Part shown: piece by piece, positions 9,548-19,377 of the stretch
Position numbering within the stretch: the stretch's first letter is position 1
How the letters are laid out: each line of letters starts with the position of its first letter
Assembly: GCA_041660165.1 (NCBI GenBank)
Contig: JBAZWW010000001.1
Coordinates: forward strand, 169,035-233,034
Direction of reading: 5' to 3'
DNA: 64,000 nucleotides
Source: Patescibacteria group bacterium
Lineage (GTDB): Bacteria; Patescibacteriota; Patescibacteriia; UBA9934
The notes under the pieces: model-generated
The model's input: only the letters and a program-made list of their open reading frames with translations
Database searches by the model: none
What the model was told of the DNA's origin: nothing
Program-made: the position numbers and the translations under genes

Positions 9548-10444
9548 TTAATTTCGTTTTAACCAAGCCGCTACATACGCCAGCACAATAAATTTTGGCG
9601 TGCAGGCCCAAAGTATAAGCCACGGAATAAGGCCGTGATGCTTTTTCATGTACTTGCGCAAACTCGTCCTAATCCATTTCTGCTTACGGAGCGTCGCTAC
9701 CTTGTTGAAGCTGTGGCCCTTGTGGTGGATGATCTCGCAATCGCCATAGGATCTAACTTTGAAGCCCGCATCAACCGCCACTTTGCAGTAGTCAACTTCC
9801 TCGAACCAAATGAAGTAACGCTCGTCGAGCAGGCCAACCTTGTCCATCAGTTCTCGGCGAATAAACATGAACGCGCCCATGATCGAATCAACATCTTGGG
9901 TTTTCAGAGGATCAACGTCGCGCATCATGTACCTGTCAACGGCCTTCAAGTGCTTGAACACGTGAGGTAGTTTGAACAGAATCTCAAGCTGATCGAGCAT
10001 CGTCGGGAACCGGCGAATACTCTCTTGATGCGAACCGTCGGGATATCTGATCACACAACTGCCAATACCCACCTCTTTATCTGCATCAAGGTGATCAATC
10101 ATCCGCTTCATCACTCCGGGCGGAACAATCGTATCCGGATTCAGCAGAAGCGCGTACCGTCCCGTGCATTGTCTCAACCCAACGTTGACCGCCGCTGCAA
10201 ACCCTCGATTCTCCGCGTTCACGATCACCTGCGCCTCCGGTAGGATTTCTCGAACAAACGCCGGCATCTTTTTGTCATTCGCATTATCAACCACCACGAC
10301 GTCAAAATTAACATCATGCGCCGCCGCTAGGCTCATAAAACACGCCCGCAAAACGTCCGGATCAGTTTTGTAGGTAACGATAACTATTGTTGTGTCTCTT
10401 AATTCGGCATTCATAGTGTTTGTCATTGTTGCATCATTCTCCAT
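9548..10444 (-). CDS. glycosyltransferase family 2
   Basis: IVIVTYKTD...VVVVDNAND and LLNPDT (DXD-like) motifs. Confidence 0.85.
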   Translation of the reverse strand: MENDATMTNTMNAELRDTTIVIVTYKTDPDVLRACFMSLAAAHDVNFDVVVVDNANDKKMPAFVREILPEAQVIVNAENRGFAAAVNVGLRQCTGRYALLLNPDTIVPPGVMKRMIDHLDADKEVGIGSCVIRYPDGSHQESIRRFPTMLDQLEILFKLPHVFKHLKAVDRYMMRDVDPLKTQDVDSIMGAFMFIRRELMDKVGLLDERYFIWFEEVDYCKVAVDAGFKVRSYGDCEIIHHKGHSFNKVATLRKQKWIRTSLRKYMKKHHGLIPWLILWACTPKFIVLAYVAAWLKRN

Positions 10445-10520
10445 CCTGAGCGAGAGCGAAGGATCCGCCTTTCCCAGCGGAGAGGGTCGGACCCTTCGGC
10501 CTAAGCCTCAGGGTGGGATG
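10439..10520. repeat. palindromic dispersed repeat, variant copy
   Basis: CATCCTGAGCGAGAGCGAAGGATCC ... GGACCCTTCGGCCTAAGCCTCAGGGTGGGATGG inverted repeat between the two GT2 genes. Confidence 0.6.
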
Positions 10521-10531
10521 GCTCTGCGCTG

Positions 10532-11239
10532 CTACAGACCGTGTTTCCTAGCAATAATCTCTCTCGCCTCAGTGTACTTCTTTATGCTCTTTGGTTGCCA
10601 GGGCGAGTATTGCCAAGGAATCCTGTAGGCGAGTTTTGGCAGCCAGGCCGAGCCGATCCTCGATACCCCGTCAATCCGCACGTGGAAGAGAACTCCCGGC
10701 ACGAGTATCCCTCGATGCCCCCGCTCAAGCATGGTCAACCACACGTCCCAGTCTTGCAGACGCTTGATCTGCTCGTCAAACCCCGGAAAATCTGCCCGCC
10801 GAATGAGCGAGGTGGTGTGGGCAAAGTTCATCTTCCGTATCTTCTCATCACTAAACGGCGTCCCCCAAAATGTCTTCCAGCCAAACGTAAAACCAGAATA
10901 GGCATAACTGGCCTGCGGATTTTGTATAAGACTCTTATGCATTTTTTCGAGCATCTCGTTCTCCATGACAATATCCGCATCGCAAAAAATGACATACTCG
11001 CCTCTACTCTCGGCGAACCCTCGGTTCCTTGCCGGATTCGAGCCTTTATTTTCTTGACGAACAACCTTAATCTTGCCGGCGTATTTTTCGAGTACTTTCA
11101 ATGTCTCATCCGTAGACCCGTCATCAACCACAATGATTTCGATCTCCTTATATGTTTGGTCGAGTACCGAATCAATACACCCCGGCAGTGAGCCCGCGTG
11201 CTGATACGTTGGAATGATGACTGAAATAAGTGGTTCCAT
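10532..11239 (-). CDS. glycosyltransferase family 2
   Basis: ISVIIPTYQHAGSL...IIVVDDGSTDET and FCDADI motifs. Confidence 0.85.
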   Translation of the reverse strand: MEPLISVIIPTYQHAGSLPGCIDSVLDQTYKEIEIIVVDDGSTDETLKVLEKYAGKIKVVRQENKGSNPARNRGFAESRGEYVIFCDADIVMENEMLEKMHKSLIQNPQASYAYSGFTFGWKTFWGTPFSDEKIRKMNFAHTTSLIRRADFPGFDEQIKRLQDWDVWLTMLERGHRGILVPGVLFHVRIDGVSRIGSAWLPKLAYRIPWQYSPWQPKSIKKYTEAREIIARKHGL

Positions 11240-11242
11240 AAC

Positions 11243-11272
11243 CTGTTATAACCCTCTATAACCCTCTATAAC
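11243..11272. repeat. tandem 10-bp repeat ATAACCCTCT x3
   Basis: Direct tandem copies between the GT2 start and the GT4 stop. The GT4 stop codon lies inside the repeat. Confidence 0.7.
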
Positions 11273-12462
11273 CCTCTCACCATGATGATCCCCCTCAGCT
11301 TACTCGTTTGCACTTCTCTTGTGAACTGCTCCAACACTCGTACCCGTCCGCGTGATCCGAGCTTTGATCGGAGTGCCGGATTTTCTACGAGTTTCCTAAT
11401 CGCCGCCTCGATCTCTTCGATGTGGTCATTCACAAGCAACCCCGTTTCTCCGTCGAGTACCGCTTCGACAACGCCCCCAATGTTCGTCGCCACCACCGGC
11501 AAACCGAACAAATTGGCTTCGAGGTACACGATTCCAAATCCTTCGCGATCAGTTTCAGACCGAGTAGTCGGCATCACAAAAATATCCGCTGATGCATAAA
11601 TCCCTGGCAGGTCTTCATCACTCGCGTTCAGAATCATTGTTACTCGATCACTCAATCCTCGGCGAGCAATCTCGGTTTCGAGCCTCTCACGCATCGGCCC
11701 ATCACCCACAATTGTATATTTAACGCCTGGCAAATGTTCCAGTATTTCAAGCACCTTCAGGTGCCCCTTTCTCTCAACCAGCCTCGCCACCGTCAACAGC
11801 ATTATCGTATAGTTATTTACCTTGTCATCTCGACCCATTCTGTCGTCTAGACCCATTCTGTCATCTCGACCCATTCTGTCATCTCGAGCAGAGCGAGAGA
11901 TCTGATTGGTCGACAGTGAGATGGGTACCCCAAGCGCCCCGCTGGCCAGCTTCAGCAACTCTTTCAGATCAACCAGCCCCACGCCCTTCCTCACGGATTT
12001 CGACGCCTCCACAAACACATCACTCACCGGCGGGTAGACCGTCAGGATGCGCCGTAAGGGTCGAGCCATGTCTCGACCCCGTACGAACCGCTCCACCTCG
12101 CCCCTCAAAGCCTCCGAATTCGTCACGATCAGGTCAGCACCTCGCAGAATCCTCCTGGACAACCATCTCTTCCACGCATTTCGTCTGGCGAGATCAAAAT
12201 CCATGCTATGCAGGAATATGCCGTACGGACGAGAAAATATCCACGCCACCGTTCCCACTGGCAAAATATGATTCACGAAATACAGATCTGCATCTTTTCG
12301 AGACTTCCAAAAAAATGAAAATAATTCCTTGTAGCCAGGTTTCTTGGACAGCTCAACCACTTTCACCTCGTGCGGGTATGTTTCAACAACCGCCGAAAGA
12401 TAGCGGGCCACGCCTCCTCGCTCTGAAAGCGCACCAAGCATTGGAGCAATCACGCGCCTCAT
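11266..12462 (-). CDS. glycosyltransferase family 4 with repeat-derived interdomain insertion
   Basis: The C-terminal domain has EGFGIVYLEANLFGLPVVATNIGG. The linker contains RDDRMGRDDRMGLDDRMGRDDK, encoded by the tandem/dispersed repeat at 11824-11925. Confidence 0.85.
   Translation of the reverse strand: MRRVIAPMLGALSERGGVARYLSAVVETYPHEVKVVELSKKPGYKELFSFFWKSRKDADLYFVNHILPVGTVAWIFSRPYGIFLHSMDFDLARRNAWKRWLSRRILRGADLIVTNSEALRGEVERFVRGRDMARPLRRILTVYPPVSDVFVEASKSVRKGVGLVDLKELLKLASGALGVPISLSTNQISRSARDDRMGRDDRMGLDDRMGRDDKVNNYTIMLLTVARLVERKGHLKVLEILEHLPGVKYTIVGDGPMRERLETEIARRGLSDRVTMILNASDEDLPGIYASADIFVMPTTRSETDREGFGIVYLEANLFGLPVVATNIGGVVEAVLDGETGLLVNDHIEEIEAAIRKLVENPALRSKLGSRGRVRVLEQFTREVQTSKLRGIIMVRGL
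11824..11925. repeat. tandem 18-bp repeat x3 plus dispersed palindromic repeat core, inside the GT4 CDS
   Basis: GTCATCTCGACCCATTCT / GTCGTCTAGACCCATTCT / GTCATCTCGACCCATTCT, then GTCATCTCGAGCAGAGCGAGAGATCTGATTGGTCGAC. In frame, the repeat length is a multiple of 3. Confidence 0.75.
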
Positions 12463-13952
12463 ACCGTTTCAGAAACTTCCTCGCGGATGCCGTTAGCTCG
12501 GAGCCGAGGAACGAGTTGCCACAGTGCGCGCAAATGGTCGAGCGTTATTGACCGCGTTGCAAAGGCCACGGCAAAAAAGACAACCGCCCCAATCGGCACC
12601 GTAATGATCCACGGCAAGAACATTTTCACGACGAGTACCACGCTGGCCATGACGGCCCCGGAAGCGAACGAACCGCCAACGGCAGTGATGAAGTCATACA
12701 TGGGAACCTTAATAATTTTAAATGAGAGGACGTAACCCGCAAAAAACATAAATGAGAAGCTGATCAGCGCTGAGACTGCTGCGCCCGGAATGCCGAGCCG
12801 AGGGATCAGCAGTAAGTTTGCCACGAGATTGATAACCATGGTCACACCCATGATGCCGGTCTTGAGCGCTTGACGACCACTAGCGTTAAGAAGTGCACCG
12901 ATGGGAAAATCAAGGAAGATAAAGAGCAGGGCAAAGACGAGGATTTGGAGCGTAGGCGCAGCTGCGGCAAACTTACTGCCGTAGAAAAACTGAATAATCT
13001 CAGGCGCTAGGGCAAACAAACCAAAGACAACGGGTGCCGCGAGCAGAGCAAGATACCACTCGGCTGAGAGGAATGTCTTCTTGAGCGCCTCGGGATCCTT
13101 CACCTGCGCGCTCATGGTTGGATACAAAGCGCCGATGAAAGCGAGGGGCAAAAACTGGAAAGAGTACGCCAGCTTGTAGGCCACAGCGTATACGCCCACT
13201 GCCCCGGCACCGAGCACCATGTTCAGCGTGAAGGAATCGACATAGGAATAGATTTTGACAAACACGGCCGCCACAAAAAACATGCTGGCCATCTTGAACG
13301 GCTTCCAGCCAAGTGAAAAACTCGGAACGAGCGCTTTTATTCCCAGACGTCGAACAACATGAAATAAGGCGAACAACGCATTCCAGCCACTACCGATAAT
13401 CAGAGCAACAATCAGCAACAACATGAGCATTAAACCGGCTACTGCGCCACCATTCGGCGGAAGTAAAAACAAAGCAGATAAACCAACAACCGTGGTGATC
13501 GCCTGTCCGACAAAAATCCCGATGGACTCGAACTTCAAATTCTGTTGACCCCTAAGCACGCCGTACATGGACAATGAGATGGTGTCGAGGAGCATCACAA
13601 ATACCGCCAGCTCCGTCAGCATAGTCGCCTCTACACTGAAACCCAGCAACCGAGGGGCCACGAAAGCCAGAACAACCGTCACCGGCATGAGCACGAGTTT
13701 GTTCGCCAAGACGTTTCTGGCGTATTCCAGCGCCTTCCCCGGCTCCTTAGCCACTTCTCGAACCAAGACCGAGGTCAGACCAACGTCATCAATCGCGCCA
13801 ATAGTCGTAGTCAGTGCCAGGGCCAAAAAGTAGGAACCCGTTGCATCTTCCCCAATCGTCCGCGCAATCACCGCAAAGTACAAAAACGCCACCGCTTTCT
13901 GCCCAATAGACGCCGCCGTCAAAAGGAACGTATTCCTGGCAAGTTGAGACAT
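12459..13952 (-). CDS. polysaccharide biosynthesis protein / oligosaccharide flippase (Wzx family)
   Basis: About 14 TM helices and a Wzx/MOP-like N-terminus (NTFLLTAASIGQKAVAFLYFAVIAR). Confidence 0.78.
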   Translation of the reverse strand: MSQLARNTFLLTAASIGQKAVAFLYFAVIARTIGEDATGSYFLALALTTTIGAIDDVGLTSVLVREVAKEPGKALEYARNVLANKLVLMPVTVVLAFVAPRLLGFSVEATMLTELAVFVMLLDTISLSMYGVLRGQQNLKFESIGIFVGQAITTVVGLSALFLLPPNGGAVAGLMLMLLLIVALIIGSGWNALFALFHVVRRLGIKALVPSFSLGWKPFKMASMFFVAAVFVKIYSYVDSFTLNMVLGAGAVGVYAVAYKLAYSFQFLPLAFIGALYPTMSAQVKDPEALKKTFLSAEWYLALLAAPVVFGLFALAPEIIQFFYGSKFAAAAPTLQILVFALLFIFLDFPIGALLNASGRQALKTGIMGVTMVINLVANLLLIPRLGIPGAAVSALISFSFMFFAGYVLSFKIIKVPMYDFITAVGGSFASGAVMASVVLVVKMFLPWIITVPIGAVVFFAVAFATRSITLDHLRALWQLVPRLRANGIREEVSETV

Positions 13953-14055
13953 ATTTACCCACTATACTACGCCAAAACCCCCAAAATAACAAAGAGCCCC
14001 GCGCCGTTCCCGGCAGGGCCCTTGAGGACGCTAAATCTTTGCGTCCAAGCCTGAA

Positions 14056-14544
14056 TCAGTCCTCCGCGGGATCTTCTTCGAGGATGAAGTAAGACTCCGC
14101 TTCTTCGATGTCAATCACGTGGGTACCCACGTAGTCAATTTCGGCCGTTTTGATGCTAACGCGCATCTCTACGCCGTCCACAAGTTCGCGGTCACCGTCT
14201 GCGTAGTGCCAGCTGAGCGCGAGTGTCGTAGCCGGGGCCATGATCTGGTCAAACACGAGCGACAGCAGAAGATCGCCGTCCCGGTCTTCGTCGTTCTCGA
14301 CGAAGAAGGAGTGCAGATCAATCAGCTGATCCTTGGCGACCAGTTGTGGCTGAATGCTGTTCTCGAACTCGTAGTTTTCCTCGCCCGAGGTCGCGTTGAC
14401 GTCGAGCGATACCCGAACCATGTCGTCCGCCGCGCTCAGAAAGGTGACGAGTGAAAAGGTCACGTCGTCCTTCACGGTGAGACCATCCTCACACTGTACA
14501 TTCTCCACCACCGCCCCATCTGCCTTCCACACAACGATCTTCAT
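14056..14544 (-). CDS. hypothetical acidic protein
   Basis: ORF with a strongly acidic composition; no motif recognised. Confidence 0.4.
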   Translation of the reverse strand: MKIVVWKADGAVVENVQCEDGLTVKDDVTFSLVTFLSAADDMVRVSLDVNATSGEENYEFENSIQPQLVAKDQLIDLHSFFVENDEDRDGDLLLSLVFDQIMAPATTLALSWHYADGDRELVDGVEMRVSIKTAEIDYVGTHVIDIEEAESYFILEEDPAED

Positions 14545-14679
14545 GGCATCCTCCCTTTCGTTGACCGCGTCAGGTTAGTCAAATCCGGCCTCCCTGTCAA
14601 AACAAAGAGCGCGTCCAACGGGTGGCGGTGTCAGACGACACTCTTTGTTTGCCACTCGCGAACGCGCGAGCCTTCCTTC

Positions 14680-15255
14680 CTATCGTGGTTCAAGCGCCAC
14701 AACATAATCCCCGTCGCTCACGCATCCTTCGAACGTGAGGACGACTCCCGTTGCCGTGCGATACGTCATCCGCACGAGTGTTGACGTGAGATCATCGCTG
14801 TCCGAATCGGGATCCGGCAACAGCTCAAACTCCGAGTACATAGCAATGATCTGCTCCGCAATCTCCTCCATGAGTTCTCCAGAATCTGGCGCGGAACCCC
14901 ACACTGCAGACAAACCGTCTACGAAGGATCGGCGATCAATTTCCCGGCCATTGAAGACGTCCGAAAACGAAATAGCGTCATCATCGGTGTCGAACAGTTC
15001 ACTCCTGCTTTCGTTGGTCGCGGAGAAATCGATGATGAATTGATCGGGCACTTCATCATCAAACTCCACCGAGATCATGAATCCGCCGCTCGATTTTACT
15101 CGCCACAGAGGCGACTCCTTGACCGGAATATTGCAACCCCGTCCTTCAGCGTAACGGATGACCTCGCCCATATTCACCTCCCGCCAGACAGAATGACAAC
15201 AAAACTCACTTTCGTCAAAAACAAAACACGGCCATTCGTATATGGCCATGCTCAT
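14680..15255 (-). CDS. hypothetical acidic protein
   Basis: ORF with Asp/Glu-rich patches (DPDSDSDD); no motif recognised. Confidence 0.4.
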   Translation of the reverse strand: MSMAIYEWPCFVFDESEFCCHSVWREVNMGEVIRYAEGRGCNIPVKESPLWRVKSSGGFMISVEFDDEVPDQFIIDFSATNESRSELFDTDDDAISFSDVFNGREIDRRSFVDGLSAVWGSAPDSGELMEEIAEQIIAMYSEFELLPDPDSDSDDLTSTLVRMTYRTATGVVLTFEGCVSDGDYVVALEPR

Positions 15256-15653
15256 CTCGATATATTATGTCACGTGACCATACACTTCCCGAGCCCATTC
15301 ATTTTTTACGTGGTTTTGTCCACGACAACTCAGGCAAGAGCTCAATATACGAATTGAGTTTTTCAGATCATTCGTCGCTTCCCCCGAATCGAGTGGGGAG
15401 TTATCGTCCCGGATGCCGACAAAAACATCGGCTTAGCAAGGCTTCTCCACGAATCTTTCCCTCCCTTTTGCGAGGAATGGTTCAAGCTTCACTTCGATTG
15501 GCCACGCTGCCTCAGTCCATAACGCCCGGGACGATCAAAATTGCTTTCATAGACTAAGTCTATTAAGAATTCATCGCCCCATTCGGGACAATCCGAGTAT
15601 ATACGAAACCGAACAGAACACAAACATGGATATACCCAAGACAAAAAATCAGA

Positions 15654-16304
15654 TCAAACGGTATGACTATCTTTTGCGACGTGCATATCAATATCCTTTG
15701 GATTAAAGCCAAGCTCTGGAAGAATGCGATCTCTCAAGTCAATTGCCGCGACAAAAAGAAGTGCAGGAATATCGGCGCCAACTTTAAATGCACCTTCCTT
15801 AAGTTTTTCTACAATGTCAGGACACGTGCGTTGTAAGTCTCCCATCACCTCATACAGAACCTGTTCAGCATCGAATGCATTTTTTGGTGCACGCTCTCGT
15901 ACCTTGGCAATAATGATTTCACGTTTACCGTCAATTATTTCTTTGATCCCGCTATTATTAAGTATCTCCTTGCCCAAGGTGTTCAGCTGTCTGGGTGAAT
16001 GGGCTGGCGCAACTCGGTCTCTCCATAATGTTTCGACCTTGGTTTCAACTGACATAAACCTCTCTCGTATGTCTTTAAGATCTGGCTCTATCCGATCCTT
16101 TAAAGTAGCCGCGACATTTGCAACTTGAGTCTTCAGTGTCCCCCAGGCAACTCCAACGCCAATCAGGATCACAGCCACTCCCAAAGCCGACTCGACCAAT
16201 CCAATCTGAATTACAGGCTGCTGAGTTTTTGCAGTTTCAGTCGTCGGAACGGCAGTGCCCACTGAAGGTTGGGCACTAAATGTTTGCAACATTGCGTTGG
16301 CCAT
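15654..16304 (-). CDS. hypothetical membrane-anchored protein
   Basis: Single N-terminal TM helix (LVESALGVAVILIGVGVAWG). Confidence 0.4.
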   Translation of the reverse strand: MANAMLQTFSAQPSVGTAVPTTETAKTQQPVIQIGLVESALGVAVILIGVGVAWGTLKTQVANVAATLKDRIEPDLKDIRERFMSVETKVETLWRDRVAPAHSPRQLNTLGKEILNNSGIKEIIDGKREIIIAKVRERAPKNAFDAEQVLYEVMGDLQRTCPDIVEKLKEGAFKVGADIPALLFVAAIDLRDRILPELGFNPKDIDMHVAKDSHTV

Positions 16305-16408
16305 ATCTAGTTTAATTATACTCTTACCCGCGCCATTTTTTTCGTCAAGAAGATTATACCCGTTTCAATGCAAAACCCCCCGATTGCTCGAGGAGTTTCT
16401 GTCAGGTA

Positions 16409-17455
16409 CTAGTGCTGAGGTTCCATCTTCTCGGTCACCATTTTAACGAACATGATGATGAAGATACCGGCCACTACGGTCACGGCTTGGTGGATGGAGT
16501 TAAACAAGAACATTTGCTGAACTGCCACAGCAGCCAGGGAGTCATTGATTCGTGGCAAGACTGAATTGCCCAGGTCCATGATCAGATCAAAAATATAGAA
16601 GCCGATAATAATTTTCTGACCCTTTGCGCGTTCATCCTCATGAACATGATGAGCAGTAGCTACCTCATTCCAAAAAGCTGGATAGGTTAGAATGGGGTGA
16701 ATCAGGTTATAAACAGGAATGATGTGCCCCCACACCAGCCATTCTGGTGATGACTTCATGTGGTGATGGTATGACAGATTCCGAGCAGCCCGGCCAAGCC
16801 AGAAAAGGTAGATGATGGCGGAGACAAAGTAGCCCAATCCAGCCAATCCACCGATTGCTGACCCAATAAAAGTACGTGGAGTGAAAAATGGGACGGTGGA
16901 ATAAACCTGAAAGTACTCGTACACTCCAAACACTGCACCAATAGCCGAACAGATGACCGCCAAACCAGCAAAAATCATGAAGGCTTTGTACAGACCTTGC
17001 AATGATTTAGGTTGACCGGCGTGATGAGCAGTCTCTTCAGATGAGGTGGTAGCAATGAGATAAAGACCAACGGGGGTTCCAATAACAATACCGAGAAGTG
17101 CCAGAACCCCAAGCAGGCCAAGGAACACCTGCATCAAACGGCCCACCGAAGAGGTAAGTGATCCATCATCGGACTGCGATGCACCATCCGCAGGCTGAAT
17201 GATATCGTCTGGGTTGTACATGAGGTCGCTCCTTGTGAGCGGCGCTGCATGAGCGGATGGGATGCCCAACAAAGTTTGTTCCGACCAGGTAGACGAGTCC
17301 AACCGTGCGCCGTTCAGCTGAGAGATGACGAATGATGAGATCGCATAAAGCGATAACGTGAAGATCAACGTCACCCATGGCACTACCAGGAGCAACACCC
17401 CAATCAGTCTTCTATTTTTCATAGTCAAAGTAAAATATTTGCTCAACAATAACAC
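16409..17455 (-). CDS. hypothetical polytopic membrane protein
   Basis: Multiple TM helices and a His-rich loop (HHHMKSS, AHHVHED). Confidence 0.45.
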   Translation of the reverse strand: MLLLSKYFTLTMKNRRLIGVLLLVVPWVTLIFTLSLYAISSFVISQLNGARLDSSTWSEQTLLGIPSAHAAPLTRSDLMYNPDDIIQPADGASQSDDGSLTSSVGRLMQVFLGLLGVLALLGIVIGTPVGLYLIATTSSEETAHHAGQPKSLQGLYKAFMIFAGLAVICSAIGAVFGVYEYFQVYSTVPFFTPRTFIGSAIGGLAGLGYFVSAIIYLFWLGRAARNLSYHHHMKSSPEWLVWGHIIPVYNLIHPILTYPAFWNEVATAHHVHEDERAKGQKIIIGFYIFDLIMDLGNSVLPRINDSLAAVAVQQMFLFNSIHQAVTVVAGIFIIMFVKMVTEKMEPQH

Positions 17456-17491
17456 AAAAGACGGAAAAGCTCCGTCTTTTGTAGTAACTGA

Positions 17492-17896
17492 TTATCGCTT
17501 TCTCCACTGTGGTGAGCGTCTTGCACCGTGTTTGCCTGGCTTCTTTCTCTCTTTCTTTCTTGGATCGCGGGTCAGCATGTGCTTAGCTTTGAGAGCTGGG
17601 CGCAAGGCGATGTCGAGTTTGAGCAAAGCGCGGGCAATAGCAAGACGCGTGGCGTCTGCCTGGCCAATCATGCCTCCGCCGGAGGTTTTGACTGACACGT
17701 CAACGGTTTCAGTCTTACCAACTTCTGCAAGCGGACGAAGCACCATGTAGCGGAGCGTAGCCGTAGTGAAGAAGTCTTCAAAGGCTTTGCCGTTCACGGT
17801 AATAGTCCCCTTGCCACCGGTAGTGATGCGGGCTTGGGCCACGGCCGTTTTTCGGCGTCCTAATGCTTGGAAATATTTGTCAGCCATATTATTCAA
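17492..17896 (-). CDS. rpsI: 30S ribosomal protein S9
   Basis: Ends ...KKPGKHGARRSPQWRKR, the typical S9 C-terminus. Confidence 0.95.
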   Translation of the reverse strand: MNNMADKYFQALGRRKTAVAQARITTGGKGTITVNGKAFEDFFTTATLRYMVLRPLAEVGKTETVDVSVKTSGGGMIGQADATRLAIARALLKLDIALRPALKAKHMLTRDPRKKERKKPGKHGARRSPQWRKR

Positions 17897-18245
17897 TGTT
17901 CAAGCGCATGAGTCTTGCTTTGCGGTGCTTGGTCTTTGGGAGCATACGGGACACCGCCATGCGAAGAACATCCGTAGGATCATTCGCCCACATCTGAGCC
18001 AATGACTTGGTGCGCAGACCACCCGGATGAGCGGTGTGGTGCTGGTACACTTTCTGATCCATTTTCTTGCCTGTCAAAATCATCTTGTCTGCGTTCGTTA
18101 CTTTGACGAATTCGCCGGAGTCAACGTTTGTCTCATATGATGGGCTGGTTTTGCCAATCAAGTGAGAAGCGATGTTGGACGCCAAACGACCGACAATTTT
18201 GCCGGAAGCGTCAAAGGTCACAGTTTTGCGTATAATGTTTGCCAT
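17889..18245 (-). CDS. rplM: 50S ribosomal protein L13
   Basis: MANIIRKTVTFDASGKIVGRLAS...; start set at the Met that matches L13 N-termini. Confidence 0.93.
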   Translation of the reverse strand: MANIIRKTVTFDASGKIVGRLASNIASHLIGKTSPSYETNVDSGEFVKVTNADKMILTGKKMDQKVYQHHTAHPGGLRTKSLAQMWANDPTDVLRMAVSRMLPKTKHRKARLMRLNIE

Positions 18246-18246
18246 A

Positions 18247-18597
18247 TTAGACAAGTTCAATCAGCGCGGTTTCGGCCCGGTCTCCCTGGCGTGTTCCAAG
18301 CTTGGTAATGCGAATGTATCCGCCATTTCTGTCCTTAAAGCGAGGTCCAAGCACATCCATCAGCTTTTCCACCGGCTGGTCCGTAAGGAAAAACGCCTTC
18401 AAAAAACGACGTGCAGAAAGATCACCCCGACGGCTGACGGTGATGAGCTTCTCAATAATGGGGCGAGCGTACTTTGCTCGGCCCAAACTGGTTTCAATTC
18501 GCTCGTGCGTAATGAGTGCCTGGGCCAAGTCCCGCATGAGGGCCTTTCTGGCTGACGGCTTACGTCCGAGGATTTTCTTCTTAGATCTATGGCGCAT
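18247..18597 (-). CDS. rplQ: 50S ribosomal protein L17
   Basis: MRHRSKKKILGRKPSARKALMRDLAQALITHERIETS. Confidence 0.95.
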   Translation of the reverse strand: MRHRSKKKILGRKPSARKALMRDLAQALITHERIETSLGRAKYARPIIEKLITVSRRGDLSARRFLKAFFLTDQPVEKLMDVLGPRFKDRNGGYIRITKLGTRQGDRAETALIELV

Positions 18598-18598
18598 A

Positions 18599-19348
18599 TT
18601 ACTCTTCCTTAGGCGCTTCCTCCGACGCGCGGGCGACTTGTTCTGTTAATTCAGCGTTGTTGAGCTGTCCCTGAATCCACGTGAAGTGGTTCAGGAGAAT
18701 CTTGGTAGCTTGTTCTACGGCTTCCTGCGGAGAGACCGTGCCATCAGTGGCAATGGTCATGAGGAGCTTGTCGTAGTTGGTAATCTCTCCCACGCGCGTG
18801 TTCTCTACCTTAAGTCCAACGGATCGAACCGGGCTGAACATGGCGTCTATGGCGATCACGCCAATTTCCGTTGGCGCTTCTTCCCGCTCTTCAGTGGGCA
18901 GATAGCCTCGGCCCTTGGAAACAGTGATTTCCATGTCGAGCGTAGCCTTCTCATCCGTGATCGTGGCTAGGACCAGGTCCTTGTTCAAAATCTCTACGTC
19001 GGCGTTGGCCGTAATGTCTGCACCAGTCACCGCTCCCCCGCCTGTTTTCACAAGCTTGAGAACCACCGGCTCATCAGAGTGACAGCGGAGGCGGAGCTTT
19101 TTCAAGTTCAGCATCACATCGAGCACGTCTTCCTTAACACCGCTAACGGCGGAAAACTCGTGTTGAACACCCTTGATCTTCATGGCGGTCACCGCACCTC
19201 CCGGAAGAGATGACAGAAGCACTCGGCGGAGAGCATTCCCTACCGTGGTGCCGTACCCGTGGTGAAGCGGCTCAATAGTGAGCACAGCCTCATGGTCATG
19301 AGCGCCTGGGGTGAAATACATCTTTGAAGGCAGGAAAATGGTCTCCAT
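18599..19348 (-). CDS. rpoA: DNA-directed RNA polymerase subunit alpha, N-terminal domain only
   Basis: Alpha-NTD motifs (GYGTTVGNALRRVLLSSLPGGAVTAMKIKGVQHEF). The 249 aa contain no C-terminal domain. Confidence 0.88.
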   Translation of the reverse strand: METIFLPSKMYFTPGAHDHEAVLTIEPLHHGYGTTVGNALRRVLLSSLPGGAVTAMKIKGVQHEFSAVSGVKEDVLDVMLNLKKLRLRCHSDEPVVLKLVKTGGGAVTGADITANADVEILNKDLVLATITDEKATLDMEITVSKGRGYLPTEEREEAPTEIGVIAIDAMFSPVRSVGLKVENTRVGEITNYDKLLMTIATDGTVSPQEAVEQATKILLNHFTWIQGQLNNAELTEQVARASEEAPKEE

Positions 19349-19377
19349 ACATCGTAATTAGGCGGTAAGCTCAGGGC

